Shown here: positions 1 to 8,107 of the stretch, one piece after another | How the letters are laid out: every line of letters begins with the position of its first letter | Numbering within the stretch: position 1 is the stretch's first letter | Assembly: GCA_044347565.1 (NCBI GenBank) | Contig: JBIKUN010000003.1 | Location: forward strand, 13,332 to 77,331 | Length of the DNA: 64,000 bases | Direction: 5' to 3' | Source: Vicinamibacterales bacterium | Lineage (GTDB): Bacteria > Acidobacteriota > Vicinamibacteria > Vicinamibacterales > UBA2999 | Notes under the pieces: generated by a model | What the model was told of the DNA's origin: nothing | The model's database searches: none | What the model saw: the letters and a program-made list of their open reading frames with translations, nothing else | Program-made: the position numbers and the translations under genes

Positions 1-2
1 CG

Positions 3-1460
3 GTGCCGGGCTTCGCGCCTGGCGCGACGAGCGACGCCGTGCTGGCGCTCGACGTCAACGCGACGCATGTCTACGCGGGTGGACAGTTCACGACGCTTGG
101 CGGCGCAGCCCTGCCCTTCCTGGGCCGGGTCGATCGCCTGACCGGCGCGGCAGATGCCGCCTGGGCGCCGGTGCCCGACGATGTCGTGCGCGCCGTGAAC
201 CTGGCGCCGCAGACGGTCTACGCCGGCGGCCTCTTCGCGAACATCGCCGGCACCGGCCGCGCGCACGTCGCACAGCTCTCGCTCACCGCGCCCGCCACCG
301 CCACCGGCTGGACGCCGAATCCCGATCGCGCGGTGAACGCCATCGATCGCGACGGCCCGCACGTGTTCCTCGGCGGCGCCTTCACCACCGTGGCCGGCCA
401 GCCGCGGTCGCGGCTGGCCTCGGTGCTCGCGAGCGCCACCGGACCGGGCCCGTACGTGCTGCCGTGGCGGCCGCGCTGGTTCGGCGTGGTGCACGCGCTC
501 GATGCGCGGCTCGAAGGCCTGCTCGTCGGCGGCGACGCGCTGCCCGACCTCGACGACCGGGAGATTGATCCGGTGGGCCGCGTGGGCTTCTATCCGCGGG
601 CCGGCGTGCCTGGCCGTCCCGGAGCGCCGACCAACCTCCACACGTTCACGAACGGCAGCATCGTAGGCATCGAGTGGGGACCGCCGCTGAACGGTGCCGA
701 GCCGCGCTTCTACGTGCTCGAAGCCGGCACCTCGCCCGGCGCGAGTGACATCACGGCGGGTGTGCCGATCGGGTCCGACACGTCCTACGACGTGAACGGC
801 GTGCCGCCGGGCACCTACTACCTGCGCGTGCGGGCCGTGTCGGCCGGCGGCATCGGGCCGGCGTCGGACGAAGTGGAACTCGTCGTCGGTCCGTCGAGCT
901 GCGTGGCGCGTCCCGAACCGCCCACGGATCTCGAGGCCATCGTGACCGGCGGCATCGTCACCATCACGTGGACCGAGAGCGTCACGCCCGGAGTGACCGG
1001 CTACCGTGTGCTGGGGAACCCCTTCGGCATCGACGCGCCGTTCTCGACGCTCGTGCCGGCCGGCACCACCACCTTCTCGGCGCCGGCGCCGCGTGGGGTC
1101 TTCGTGGTGCGCGTGCGGGCATTGAGCGCCTGCGGCGCAAGCGCCGCCAGCAACGAGGTGCTCATCGGCGTGGGTGGCGCGGAGCTGCCGCCCGGCGAGC
1201 CCGATGACCTCACGGCGGTCGTGAACGGCAGCGCCGTGACGTTCTCGTGGATGGCACCGGCAACCGGCGGCCCCGCGGGCGCCTACATCCTCGAAGCCGG
1301 CAGCGGGCCGGGGCTGAGCGACCTCGCGCGCGTGCCGGTGAACGGCACGAGCCTCACCGCGCCGAACGTGGCTGCGGGCACCTACTTCGTGCGCGTGCGG
1401 GCGGTGAACAACGCCGGCATGGGCGACGCCTCGTCCGAGATACAGGTCGTCGTGCCGTAG
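3..1460 (+). CDS. Secreted repeat protein, 5'-truncated by the window edge: beta-propeller-type blades followed by three tandem FN3-like domains
   Basis: The frame is open from the window edge to TAG 1458-1460. The N-terminal part has recurring blades (VYAGGQFTTLGG, VYAGGLFANIAG, VFLGGAFTTVAG). The C-terminal part has three ~90-aa modules, each ending GTY(Y/F)xRVRAVxxxGxGxxSxEV. Confidence 0.6.
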   Translation: MPGFAPGATSDAVLALDVNATHVYAGGQFTTLGGAALPFLGRVDRLTGAADAAWAPVPDDVVRAVNLAPQTVYAGGLFANIAGTGRAHVAQLSLTAPATATGWTPNPDRAVNAIDRDGPHVFLGGAFTTVAGQPRSRLASVLASATGPGPYVLPWRPRWFGVVHALDARLEGLLVGGDALPDLDDREIDPVGRVGFYPRAGVPGRPGAPTNLHTFTNGSIVGIEWGPPLNGAEPRFYVLEAGTSPGASDITAGVPIGSDTSYDVNGVPPGTYYLRVRAVSAGGIGPASDEVELVVGPSSCVARPEPPTDLEAIVTGGIVTITWTESVTPGVTGYRVLGNPFGIDAPFSTLVPAGTTTFSAPAPRGVFVVRVRALSACGASAASNEVLIGVGGAELPPGEPDDLTAVVNGSAVTFSWMAPATGGPAGAYILEAGSGPGLSDLARVPVNGTSLTAPNVAAGTYFVRVRAVNNAGMGDASSEIQVVVP

Positions 1461-1538
1461 GCGGTCACTGTGCGCCCCGGGGCCGGCCGCGTCGGCAGGC
1501 TCCGGGCGAGACAGACCTGTGAGGGGTGGCCCATTGGC

Positions 1539-1544
1539 TATACT
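1539..1544 (+). promoter_or_regulatory. Candidate -10 box TATACT upstream of the 1581 gene (leadered; SD GGAGGA at 1569-1574)
   Basis: An AT-rich TANNNT hexamer sits in ~70% GC intergenic DNA, 36 nt before the ATG. A GGAGGA lies 6 nt before the ATG. Confidence 0.35.
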
Positions 1545-1580
1545 GTGCCACGGTGTGTCTCCCACCACGGAGGACCTGAC

Positions 1581-2369
1581 ATGACCCGCGCCGCTTTCGT
1601 CTCCCTGATCGTCCTGAGCCTCGCCGCGCCCGCCGCCGCCGACGTCACCATCAAGCAGTCGACGACCGGCAAGGGCCTCGGCATGTCGGGCACCACGTCA
1701 GGCACGACCTACATCAAGGGCGCGAAGATGCGCACCGACACGGTCACCGGCGACACCACGCGCACGACCGTCTTCGATCTCGACGCGCAGAAGATGTATT
1801 CGTTCGATTCGAAGAAGAAGGAAGCCGACGTCTACGACCTCGGCGCCCTCCAGGCCGACATGGCGAAGTCGATGGACGCGAGCGCCATGAAGGCGTCGAT
1901 CACGCCGAACGGTCAGACCAAGTCGATCGGCGGCAAGAGCGCGGCCGGCTACGACATGGCGATCTCGGTACCGACGACGATGGGCGGCAACGCCGACATG
2001 ACGATGACGGTGAGCCTGACGGGCCCGGTGTGGATCGTCAAGGGCGCGCCCGGCAGCGCCGACTGGGCCAACTTCTACAAGCAAGCGGCCAGCAAGGGCT
2101 TCATCTTCGGCGACCCGCGCGCGGTCAAGGGCAGCCCCGGCCAGGCGAAGGCGATGGTCGAGATGTACCGCAAGATGGCGGACCTTGGCGGCATCGCGTA
2201 CGAAACCGAGACCAGCGTCAAGATGGAGGGCAGCGGCCCGATGGCCGGTCTCATGGCCAAGATGGGCGGCGTCACCATGAACACCAGCGTGACCGACGTC
2301 AGCGCCGGCGCCCTCGCCGACGACCTCTTCGCCGTGCCCGCCGGCTACAAGCTCAAGGAGCGCAGGTAA
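1581..2369 (+). CDS. Secreted protein, DUF4412/LolA-like (tentative)
   Basis: ATG 1581 follows SD GGAGGA. The signal peptide is MTRAAFVSLIVLSLAAPAAA. The body is T/G/K-rich and beta-type, and the C-terminus is ...FAVPAGYKLKE, as I recall for DUF4412 proteins. The ORF-track start at 1470 is an upstream extension with no support. Confidence 0.55.
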   Translation: MTRAAFVSLIVLSLAAPAAADVTIKQSTTGKGLGMSGTTSGTTYIKGAKMRTDTVTGDTTRTTVFDLDAQKMYSFDSKKKEADVYDLGALQADMAKSMDASAMKASITPNGQTKSIGGKSAAGYDMAISVPTTMGGNADMTMTVSLTGPVWIVKGAPGSADWANFYKQAASKGFIFGDPRAVKGSPGQAKAMVEMYRKMADLGGIAYETETSVKMEGSGPMAGLMAKMGGVTMNTSVTDVSAGALADDLFAVPAGYKLKERR

Positions 2370-3223
2370 TCCTCGCCGCGCTGAAGTCTTCGTCGCACCT
2401 CATCGCGGCCGAACTGCGTCCGCCCCGCGCCGAGCTCGAGTCGACCGCCGGCATCGACGCGTGGATCGATACGTATCACGCCATCCGCGGGCTGGTGCGG
2501 CAGAACGTCCGCGTGATGGTGACCGACAGCGCCGTCGGCGCGCAGGAAGAAAACAACCTGCGGCACCTCGTGACCAACCTCGGCCCCGACGTGCCGCGCA
2601 CGAGCGTCGTGCCGTTCCTCACGACCAAACATTCGATCGACTTCTGCCTCGGCTACGCCGATCAGGTCGTGCAGCACGGTTTCCCCGCGCTGGTGGTGCT
2701 CGGCGGCGACAAACACGTGGGCCGCGCCCGCGCCGTCGAACACGCCTGGCAGCTCCGGAAGCTCATTCGCGAGCGCCATCCCGAGCTGCCGCTCGGTGGC
2801 TGGGCGAACCCGGCCGGCGATCCGGCGCGTCAAGTGGCCTTCGTGGCCGACGGCCATTTCACAGCCGACTTCTATCTCACGCAGATTGTCTCGCACCATC
2901 GCGCCGGTGACGTCGACGGGTTCCTGCGCGAAGCCGAGCGCCAGGGCATCACCGCGCCGGGTGTCTTCGGCGTGTTCTACTACCGCAGCGCGAAAGCGTC
3001 CACGCTCAGAACCCTCAGCCAGTTCCTGCCGGTGCCGGTGGACGAACTCTCGGCCGAATTCGCCGCCGGCGCGACGCCGGTGGATGTCTGCGCCCGCTCG
3101 ATTCGAGAGCTCGTGGCCCTCGGCGCGCGGCACTTCTATGTGAGCAACCTGCCGCTCGTGCGCACCGCGAGTGTGCTCAACGCGATTCTCGAGAAGGCCG
3201 GCCTTCTGCCCCACGAACGCTGA
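2369..3223 (+). CDS. Methylenetetrahydrofolate reductase-like (MTHFR/MetF family) protein; start codon uncertain
   Basis: IAAELRPPR aligns with the E. coli MetF first strand SFEFFPPR. Further matches are ALVVLGGD, ITQI-type FYLTQIV and HFYVSNL (MetF HFYTLN). No ATG, GTG or TTG is in frame between the upstream stop (2367-2369) and GTG 2495, so the 5' end is unresolved. Confidence 0.55.
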   Translation: MLAALKSSSHLIAAELRPPRAELESTAGIDAWIDTYHAIRGLVRQNVRVMVTDSAVGAQEENNLRHLVTNLGPDVPRTSVVPFLTTKHSIDFCLGYADQVVQHGFPALVVLGGDKHVGRARAVEHAWQLRKLIRERHPELPLGGWANPAGDPARQVAFVADGHFTADFYLTQIVSHHRAGDVDGFLREAERQGITAPGVFGVFYYRSAKASTLRTLSQFLPVPVDELSAEFAAGATPVDVCARSIRELVALGARHFYVSNLPLVRTASVLNAILEKAGLLPHER

Positions 3224-3348
3224 GGCGTCCCATGCGCGCGGCGGGTGTGTCCGCGTTGCGACGGCGGATTCGCATATGATGAGGGGTCCCCGTGTTCACT
3301 GCGGGCCCAATTCCGGGCCTCGCGACCCGAGCCCCGGGACCCGCCGAA

Positions 3349-4533
3349 ATGGGTATTTTCCTCGACTCGCTTCCAATGTCCGGCATCGTGCGCATCCGCG
3401 ACATGATGTACACGGTCAAGAATCCGTTCCGCCTCGATCAGGGCGATGTCAGCTTTGATGCGCCGGAGTCCTTCAAGGACGGCATGCGCAAGGCCATCGA
3501 CGCCAACCACACGCACTACCTGCCCACGCTCGGCCTGCCGCGCCTGCGTCAGCTCATTGCCGAGAAGCTGCGGACCAAGAACGGCATTCCGGTCGAGAGC
3601 GACGACGACATCATCGTCAGCAACGGCGGCACGCACGGCATCTACTGCGCCCTGCACGCGGTGCTCGAGCCGGGCGACGAAGTGATCTGCCCCGATCCGC
3701 TCTGGCCGCCGTCACTCGCCATCGCCCGCTCGGCGCACGCCGTGCCGGTGCAGGTGCCGGTGCACGAGGCGCTCGGCTTCCGCTGGGATCTCGATGAACT
3801 CGAGAAGGCGATCACGCCGAAGACCAAGGCGATCTACATCAACTCGCCCACCAATCCGAGCGGCGGCGCGCTGACCCGCGCCGACCTCGAGCGCATCGCC
3901 GAGATGGCGACGTCGCGCAACCTCTGGGTGTTCTCGGACGAAGCCTACGAAGACGTGCTCTTCACCGGCGAACACGTGAGCATCGCCTCGCTGCCGGGGA
4001 TGTACGAACGCACCATCCCGATCTACACGATGAGCAAGAGCTACGCCGTGACTGGCGTGCGCGTGGGCTACATCGCCATCAAGAACAAGGTGATGCGCGC
4101 CCGCGCCGCCAAGGTCGCCCTTTACACGGCGAGCAACGTCTGCTCGATCGCACAGTACGGCGCCATCGGCGCCCTCGAAGGTCCGCAGGACTGCATCGAA
4201 GAGTTCAAAACGGAACTGAAGATCCGCCGCGACCTCTTCTACGCGGGTCTCAAGGACGTCACCGGCGGTGCCCTCTCGGGCAATCCGCCGAACGGCGCCT
4301 TTTACGCTTTCGTGAAGATCGACCCGGCGTGGGCGAGGAGCAAGGGCCTCGACCAGGGCGAGTCGGTGTCGTGGACGGTGGTCGAACATATCATCAAGCA
4401 CAGCCGCGTCGGCTGCGTGCCCGGGCTCGACTTCGGCCCGGCGAGCGAAGGCTACATCCGCTTCTGCACCTGCCGCGATCGCAAGGAACTCATGGGCGCG
4501 CTCGAATCGATGCGTACGGTGTTCGCCTCCTAG
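3349..4533 (+). CDS. Pyridoxal-phosphate aminotransferase, class I/II (aspartate aminotransferase-like)
   Basis: The PLP-lysine motif is YTMSKSYAVTGVRVGY. Also present are NSPTNPSGG and the N-terminus LDQGDVSFDAPE. An alternative GTG start at 3292 lies 11 nt after a TATGAT box (3275-3280). Confidence 0.8.
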   Translation: MGIFLDSLPMSGIVRIRDMMYTVKNPFRLDQGDVSFDAPESFKDGMRKAIDANHTHYLPTLGLPRLRQLIAEKLRTKNGIPVESDDDIIVSNGGTHGIYCALHAVLEPGDEVICPDPLWPPSLAIARSAHAVPVQVPVHEALGFRWDLDELEKAITPKTKAIYINSPTNPSGGALTRADLERIAEMATSRNLWVFSDEAYEDVLFTGEHVSIASLPGMYERTIPIYTMSKSYAVTGVRVGYIAIKNKVMRARAAKVALYTASNVCSIAQYGAIGALEGPQDCIEEFKTELKIRRDLFYAGLKDVTGGALSGNPPNGAFYAFVKIDPAWARSKGLDQGESVSWTVVEHIIKHSRVGCVPGLDFGPASEGYIRFCTCRDRKELMGALESMRTVFAS

Positions 4534-4536
4534 ACA

Positions 4537-5709
4537 GTGAGCACGACCTCCCCGGCGGTGAGCGTGGCGGCCCCGGCCGCCGCGCCCACGGCCTCGGGCG
4601 GGCGGATCCTCTTCGTGGATCTGGCCCGCGCGATCGCCGTCCTGCTGATGGTGCAGGGCCATACCATCGACGCGCTGCTCCACCCCGACTACCGCGCCAG
4701 CCTCGAATACAACGCCTGGCTCTACCTGCGCGGCCTCACGTCGTGCACCTTCCTGTTTCTTTCGGGCGCCGCCTTCAGCCTGACGGCGCTGCGCCACTGG
4801 GAGGAGCAGGGCCGGTTCTCCCGCCGCTCGTTCAAGCGCGTGCGGCGCCTCGCCTTCTTTCTCTCGCTCGGCTACTTCGTGAAGTTCCCGATGGGCCGCT
4901 TCCTCGATTTGCCCTACGCCACGGAAGAACGCTGGCGGTCGTTCTTCGCGGTGGACGTGCTGCAGAACGTGGCCATCACGCTGCTCGCGCTGCAGGTGCT
5001 CATCGGCCTCGCGCGCACACCGCGGCGCTTCGCGGTGGCCTGCGGCGCGCTCGCCGCCGTGCTCGTGGCCGCGACACCGCTCGTACACGGCGTGGCCTGG
5101 GTGGAGCGCCTCCCGCTCATCGTGGCGTCGTACCTCTCGTTCGACACCGGCTCGCTCTTCCCCCTCGTCCCGTGGGCCGGCTTCACGCTCATCGGCGCCG
5201 CCTTCGGCGTCACTGCCGCCCCGTGGGCCACGCGCGACCACCTGCAGAGCCTGGCGCGCGCCCTCTTCATCACCGGGGCCGTGCTGGCCGTGGGCGCGGG
5301 GCTGCTCGGCGAGTTCGGCTGGTTCGAATACGGCGTGCTCGACTGGTGGCGGTCGAGTCCGCTCTCGTTCGTGCAGCGCCTGGGCTCCGTGCTGCTGCTG
5401 CTCTCGGTCGTGGCCGCCATCGGCCACTACGTGACGAAGCTCACGGCGCCGCTCCAGGGGCTGGCGGAAGAGTCGCTGCTCGTCTACGCCGTGCACGTGG
5501 CGCTGCTCTACGGCTCGCACTGGACGACCGGGCTCGGCCCCCAGCTGGGCCCGCAGCCGCCGCGTGTCGTGCTGCTCTGGGCGGTCGTGATGCTCGTGGC
5601 CATGACCACCCTCGCCCTCGCCTGGAACCACATCGAGCGGCTGCACCCGGGGCTGGCCGCGGTGTGCCGCGTCACGGCCATCGTGGCGCTCGTCTTCCCG
5701 CTGCTCTAG
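4537..5709 (+). CDS. Polytopic membrane protein, DUF1624 / heparan-alpha-glucosaminide N-acetyltransferase-like acyltransferase
   Basis: GTG 4537 lies 3 nt after the upstream stop. The N-terminal signature is RILFVDLARAIAVLLMVQGH, followed by about 9-10 hydrophobic helices. Confidence 0.65.
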   Translation: MSTTSPAVSVAAPAAAPTASGGRILFVDLARAIAVLLMVQGHTIDALLHPDYRASLEYNAWLYLRGLTSCTFLFLSGAAFSLTALRHWEEQGRFSRRSFKRVRRLAFFLSLGYFVKFPMGRFLDLPYATEERWRSFFAVDVLQNVAITLLALQVLIGLARTPRRFAVACGALAAVLVAATPLVHGVAWVERLPLIVASYLSFDTGSLFPLVPWAGFTLIGAAFGVTAAPWATRDHLQSLARALFITGAVLAVGAGLLGEFGWFEYGVLDWWRSSPLSFVQRLGSVLLLLSVVAAIGHYVTKLTAPLQGLAEESLLVYAVHVALLYGSHWTTGLGPQLGPQPPRVVLLWAVVMLVAMTTLALAWNHIERLHPGLAAVCRVTAIVALVFPLL

Positions 5710-5810
5710 GCGCCGCCCCCTGCCAGGCCAGACGGCCCAGCTGACCCGGAATCTTCGGACCTTCCGCTTTGGGATCCAGGCGCCGGTGTCAGCGCGCCGA
5801 GGAGGTCCGC

Positions 5811-7424
5811 ATGGTGGTGTTCCGGGTGAGGGGTCTGGCCGTGGTGTGCGCGGCGCTGGTGTGTGTGCTCGTCGCGGGGCAGGCGTCCGGTCAGCCGGTG
5901 GAGGGGTCGGTACCGCGTGTCGTGCGCTTCGACGGCGTCTGGACGCCCGAGGGCGGGCAGGCCGCCGGCGCCGAAACGGTGACGCTGGCGATCTACGACG
6001 TCGCGTCCGGGGGCGCGCCCCTGTGGGAAGAGACTCAGATCGTCTCCGTGGATGCGACGGGCCACTACGCGGTGCTTGTCGGCGCGTCCCGTCCCGAAGG
6101 GCTGTCGCCCGACCTGCTGGCCAGCAACGCCCCCCGGTGGCTCGAGGTGCGCTTCGCGCGCTCGACGGCGGCGACGCCACGCGTGCTCCTGACGAGCGTG
6201 CCGTACGCGCTCCGCGCCTCGAACGCCGACACGCTGGGCGGCCTGCCCGCCACGGCCTTCCTGCGGGCGACGACGCCCCAGGCCACCAGTGCCGACACGG
6301 CGACCGGCGACACCACGACCGCCACCCGCACGCCGACGCCCGCGGTGAACAGCGGCACGGCGAACTACATCGGGAAGTTCAGCAACAGCATCGACCTCAC
6401 GAGCTCAGTCATGTTCGAGAACGGCGGCCGCATCGGCGTCGGCACGACTTCGCCGTTCGACACCGTGCACGCGCGCTTCAGCGACGGCTCCGGCACCGTC
6501 ACCGGCTACGCCGTGCAGAACCTCAGCAGTGGCCCGGGCGCCTACTCGGGCATGCTCTTCTACGACCACCTCGGCAACCTCGGTCAGTTCCAGGGCTTCA
6601 ACAACAGCTCGAAGGAATACCGCATCAACAACATCGCGACGGGCGGCACCATCAATTTCATGCTGGGCAGCTCGCGCTTCCTCGTGGCCCCGGCCGGCAT
6701 CGGCATCAGCAACACGTCGCCGCAGGACGCGCTGGACGTCGCGGGGGCCGTACGCGCGAGCGCGGGGTTCCGCATCTTCTCGGGCAACACGAATCTCTAC
6801 GGCGGCACCACCACGGCGCTCGACAACCTCGTCCTCAACTGGGGCCTGAACGACGGCCTGGCGGGCGCAAACGTTCTCGGCAGCCATGGCGGCTACTTCA
6901 GGATCGACCTGCGGAGCGGCGCCGAGCTCCAGTGGTGGCACAAGGAAGCGGGCACCGGCGTGGAGACCAAGCAGTTCGCCATCACGCAGACCGGCATCCT
7001 GCAGGTGCCGAGCCTGCGCACGTGGCCGGTCTCGACCGGCACGCTGGCGGTCTACACGGACGTCAACGGCAACACGGGCTTTCTCGCCTCGTCGCGCCGC
7101 TTCAAGGAAGACATCGAGGACATGGGCGACAGCAGCAACCTGCTGATGAAGCTGCGGCCGGTGACCTACCACTACAAGCGCGACGTCGGCGGCGTGACGG
7201 GCGACGGGCCGCGCGCCCTCGAATACGGCCTCATCGCGGAAGAGGTGGCGGAGGTCTATCCGGACGCGGTGGCCATGATGCCCAACGGCGACGCGCAGAC
7301 CGTGCAGTACAACAAGATCAACGCGATGCTGCTCAACGAAGTGCAGAAGCAGCACCGGAAGATCGAGGAGCTCACGGCGCGGCTGGCGGCACTCGAAAGC
7401 CTGCTGACGACCACGCCGAAGTAG
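5811..7424 (+). CDS. Tail-fibre-like surface protein with C-terminal Peptidase_S74 (endosialidase intramolecular chaperone) domain
   Basis: SD GGAGG (5801-5805) precedes ATG 5811, and there is a signal peptide. The C-terminus is SSRRFKEDIEDM...LRPVTYHYK...EYGLIAEEV...VQYNKINAMLLNEVQKQHRKIEEL, which matches my recollection of PF13884. Confidence 0.75.
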   Translation: MVVFRVRGLAVVCAALVCVLVAGQASGQPVEGSVPRVVRFDGVWTPEGGQAAGAETVTLAIYDVASGGAPLWEETQIVSVDATGHYAVLVGASRPEGLSPDLLASNAPRWLEVRFARSTAATPRVLLTSVPYALRASNADTLGGLPATAFLRATTPQATSADTATGDTTTATRTPTPAVNSGTANYIGKFSNSIDLTSSVMFENGGRIGVGTTSPFDTVHARFSDGSGTVTGYAVQNLSSGPGAYSGMLFYDHLGNLGQFQGFNNSSKEYRINNIATGGTINFMLGSSRFLVAPAGIGISNTSPQDALDVAGAVRASAGFRIFSGNTNLYGGTTTALDNLVLNWGLNDGLAGANVLGSHGGYFRIDLRSGAELQWWHKEAGTGVETKQFAITQTGILQVPSLRTWPVSTGTLAVYTDVNGNTGFLASSRRFKEDIEDMGDSSNLLMKLRPVTYHYKRDVGGVTGDGPRALEYGLIAEEVAEVYPDAVAMMPNGDAQTVQYNKINAMLLNEVQKQHRKIEELTARLAALESLLTTTPK

Positions 7425-7522
7425 GCAAGATCGGGCGGAAGCGGGACGCGCGATGACGCCAGGACTGGCGGGGGAGTGGGCGGTGGCGGACTATGCGATC
7501 ATGAGGGTCACGCCCGCTGCCC

Positions 7523-8107
7523 ATGGACCCCTCCCCTGGCGAAGAGCTCACGCGGCTGCTGCACGAATGGTCCAGCGGACGCTCGGATGCGCTGCCGCGC
7601 CTCATGGAGCTCGTATATCCCGAGCTCCATCGCATCGCCGCGCGGCACCTCTCACGCGAGCGTGCCGGCCATACCCTGCAGCCCACGGCGCTCGTGAGCG
7701 AAGCCTACATGCGGCTGGCTCGGCAGCAGCCGGGCAAGCAGTGGAACGACCGCACGCACTTCTTCGCCGTGGCGGCGCGTGTCGTGCGGGCGGTGCTCGT
7801 CGATCACGCGCGGGCGCGGGGCGCGGTGAAACGTGGTGACGGCGCGGTGGGCGTGGAACTCGCCGAGGCGCACGCGAGCGTGGCGGCCCGGCCGGTCGAC
7901 CTGCTCGATCTCGATGCCGCCCTCCTGGAGCTCGAGGCGATGAACGCCGAACAGAGCCGCATCGTCGAGCTGCGCTACTTCGCCGGGCTCTCGATCGACG
8001 AGACCGCCGAGGCGCTCGCCATCTCGCCCTCCACGGTGAAGCGCGGCTGGCTCGCCGCCAAGACGTGGATCCGCCGCCGCCTCGACGGCGACCTCGCCGC
8101 GCCATGA
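7523..8107 (+). CDS. ECF-type RNA polymerase sigma factor (TIGR02999 / Sigma70_ECF PF07638 type)
   Basis: The N-terminus is LTRLLHEWSSGRSDALPRLMELVYPELHRIAARHL and GHTLQPTALVSEAYMRL. The region 4 helix-turn-helix is LSIDETAEALAISPSTVKRGW. The stop overlaps the kinase ATG (ATGA at 8104-8107). Confidence 0.85.
   Translation: MDPSPGEELTRLLHEWSSGRSDALPRLMELVYPELHRIAARHLSRERAGHTLQPTALVSEAYMRLARQQPGKQWNDRTHFFAVAARVVRAVLVDHARARGAVKRGDGAVGVELAEAHASVAARPVDLLDLDAALLELEAMNAEQSRIVELRYFAGLSIDETAEALAISPSTVKRGWLAAKTWIRRRLDGDLAAP

Noticed and set aside
1470-1580. N-terminal extension of the 1581 gene (the ORF-track start at 1470), and similar upstream extensions at 5769, 8065, 11403, 25930-27174, 33205, 36462, 39162, 46309, 50826, 52025 and 16815.
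   Set aside because: The extensions are Arg/Gly-rich. They precede obvious signal peptides or conserved N-termini, and often overlap the previous gene. Internal ATG/GTG codons with an SD or a -10 box fit better.
3712-6180. Very long antisense or alternate-frame ORFs. Examples are 3712-6180 (-), 28278-30542 (+), 30095-32356 (+), 34231-36825 (-), 37641-40052 (-), 41710-44586 (-), 44525-46753 (-) and 11388-13109 (-).
   Set aside because: All of them lie opposite to, or out of frame with, genes that carry clear catalytic motifs. Their translations are R/G/A/H/P-rich low-complexity strings with no motifs. Such shadow ORFs are expected in ~70% GC DNA, where stop codons are rare.
5811-7424. Prophage or phage-remnant interpretation of the tail-fibre-like gene.
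   Set aside because: No capsid, terminase, integrase, baseplate or lysis genes lie within at least 5 kb on either side. The protein also has a Sec signal peptide. It is treated as a bacterial surface protein, although the region left of coordinate 1 cannot be inspected beyond the window.
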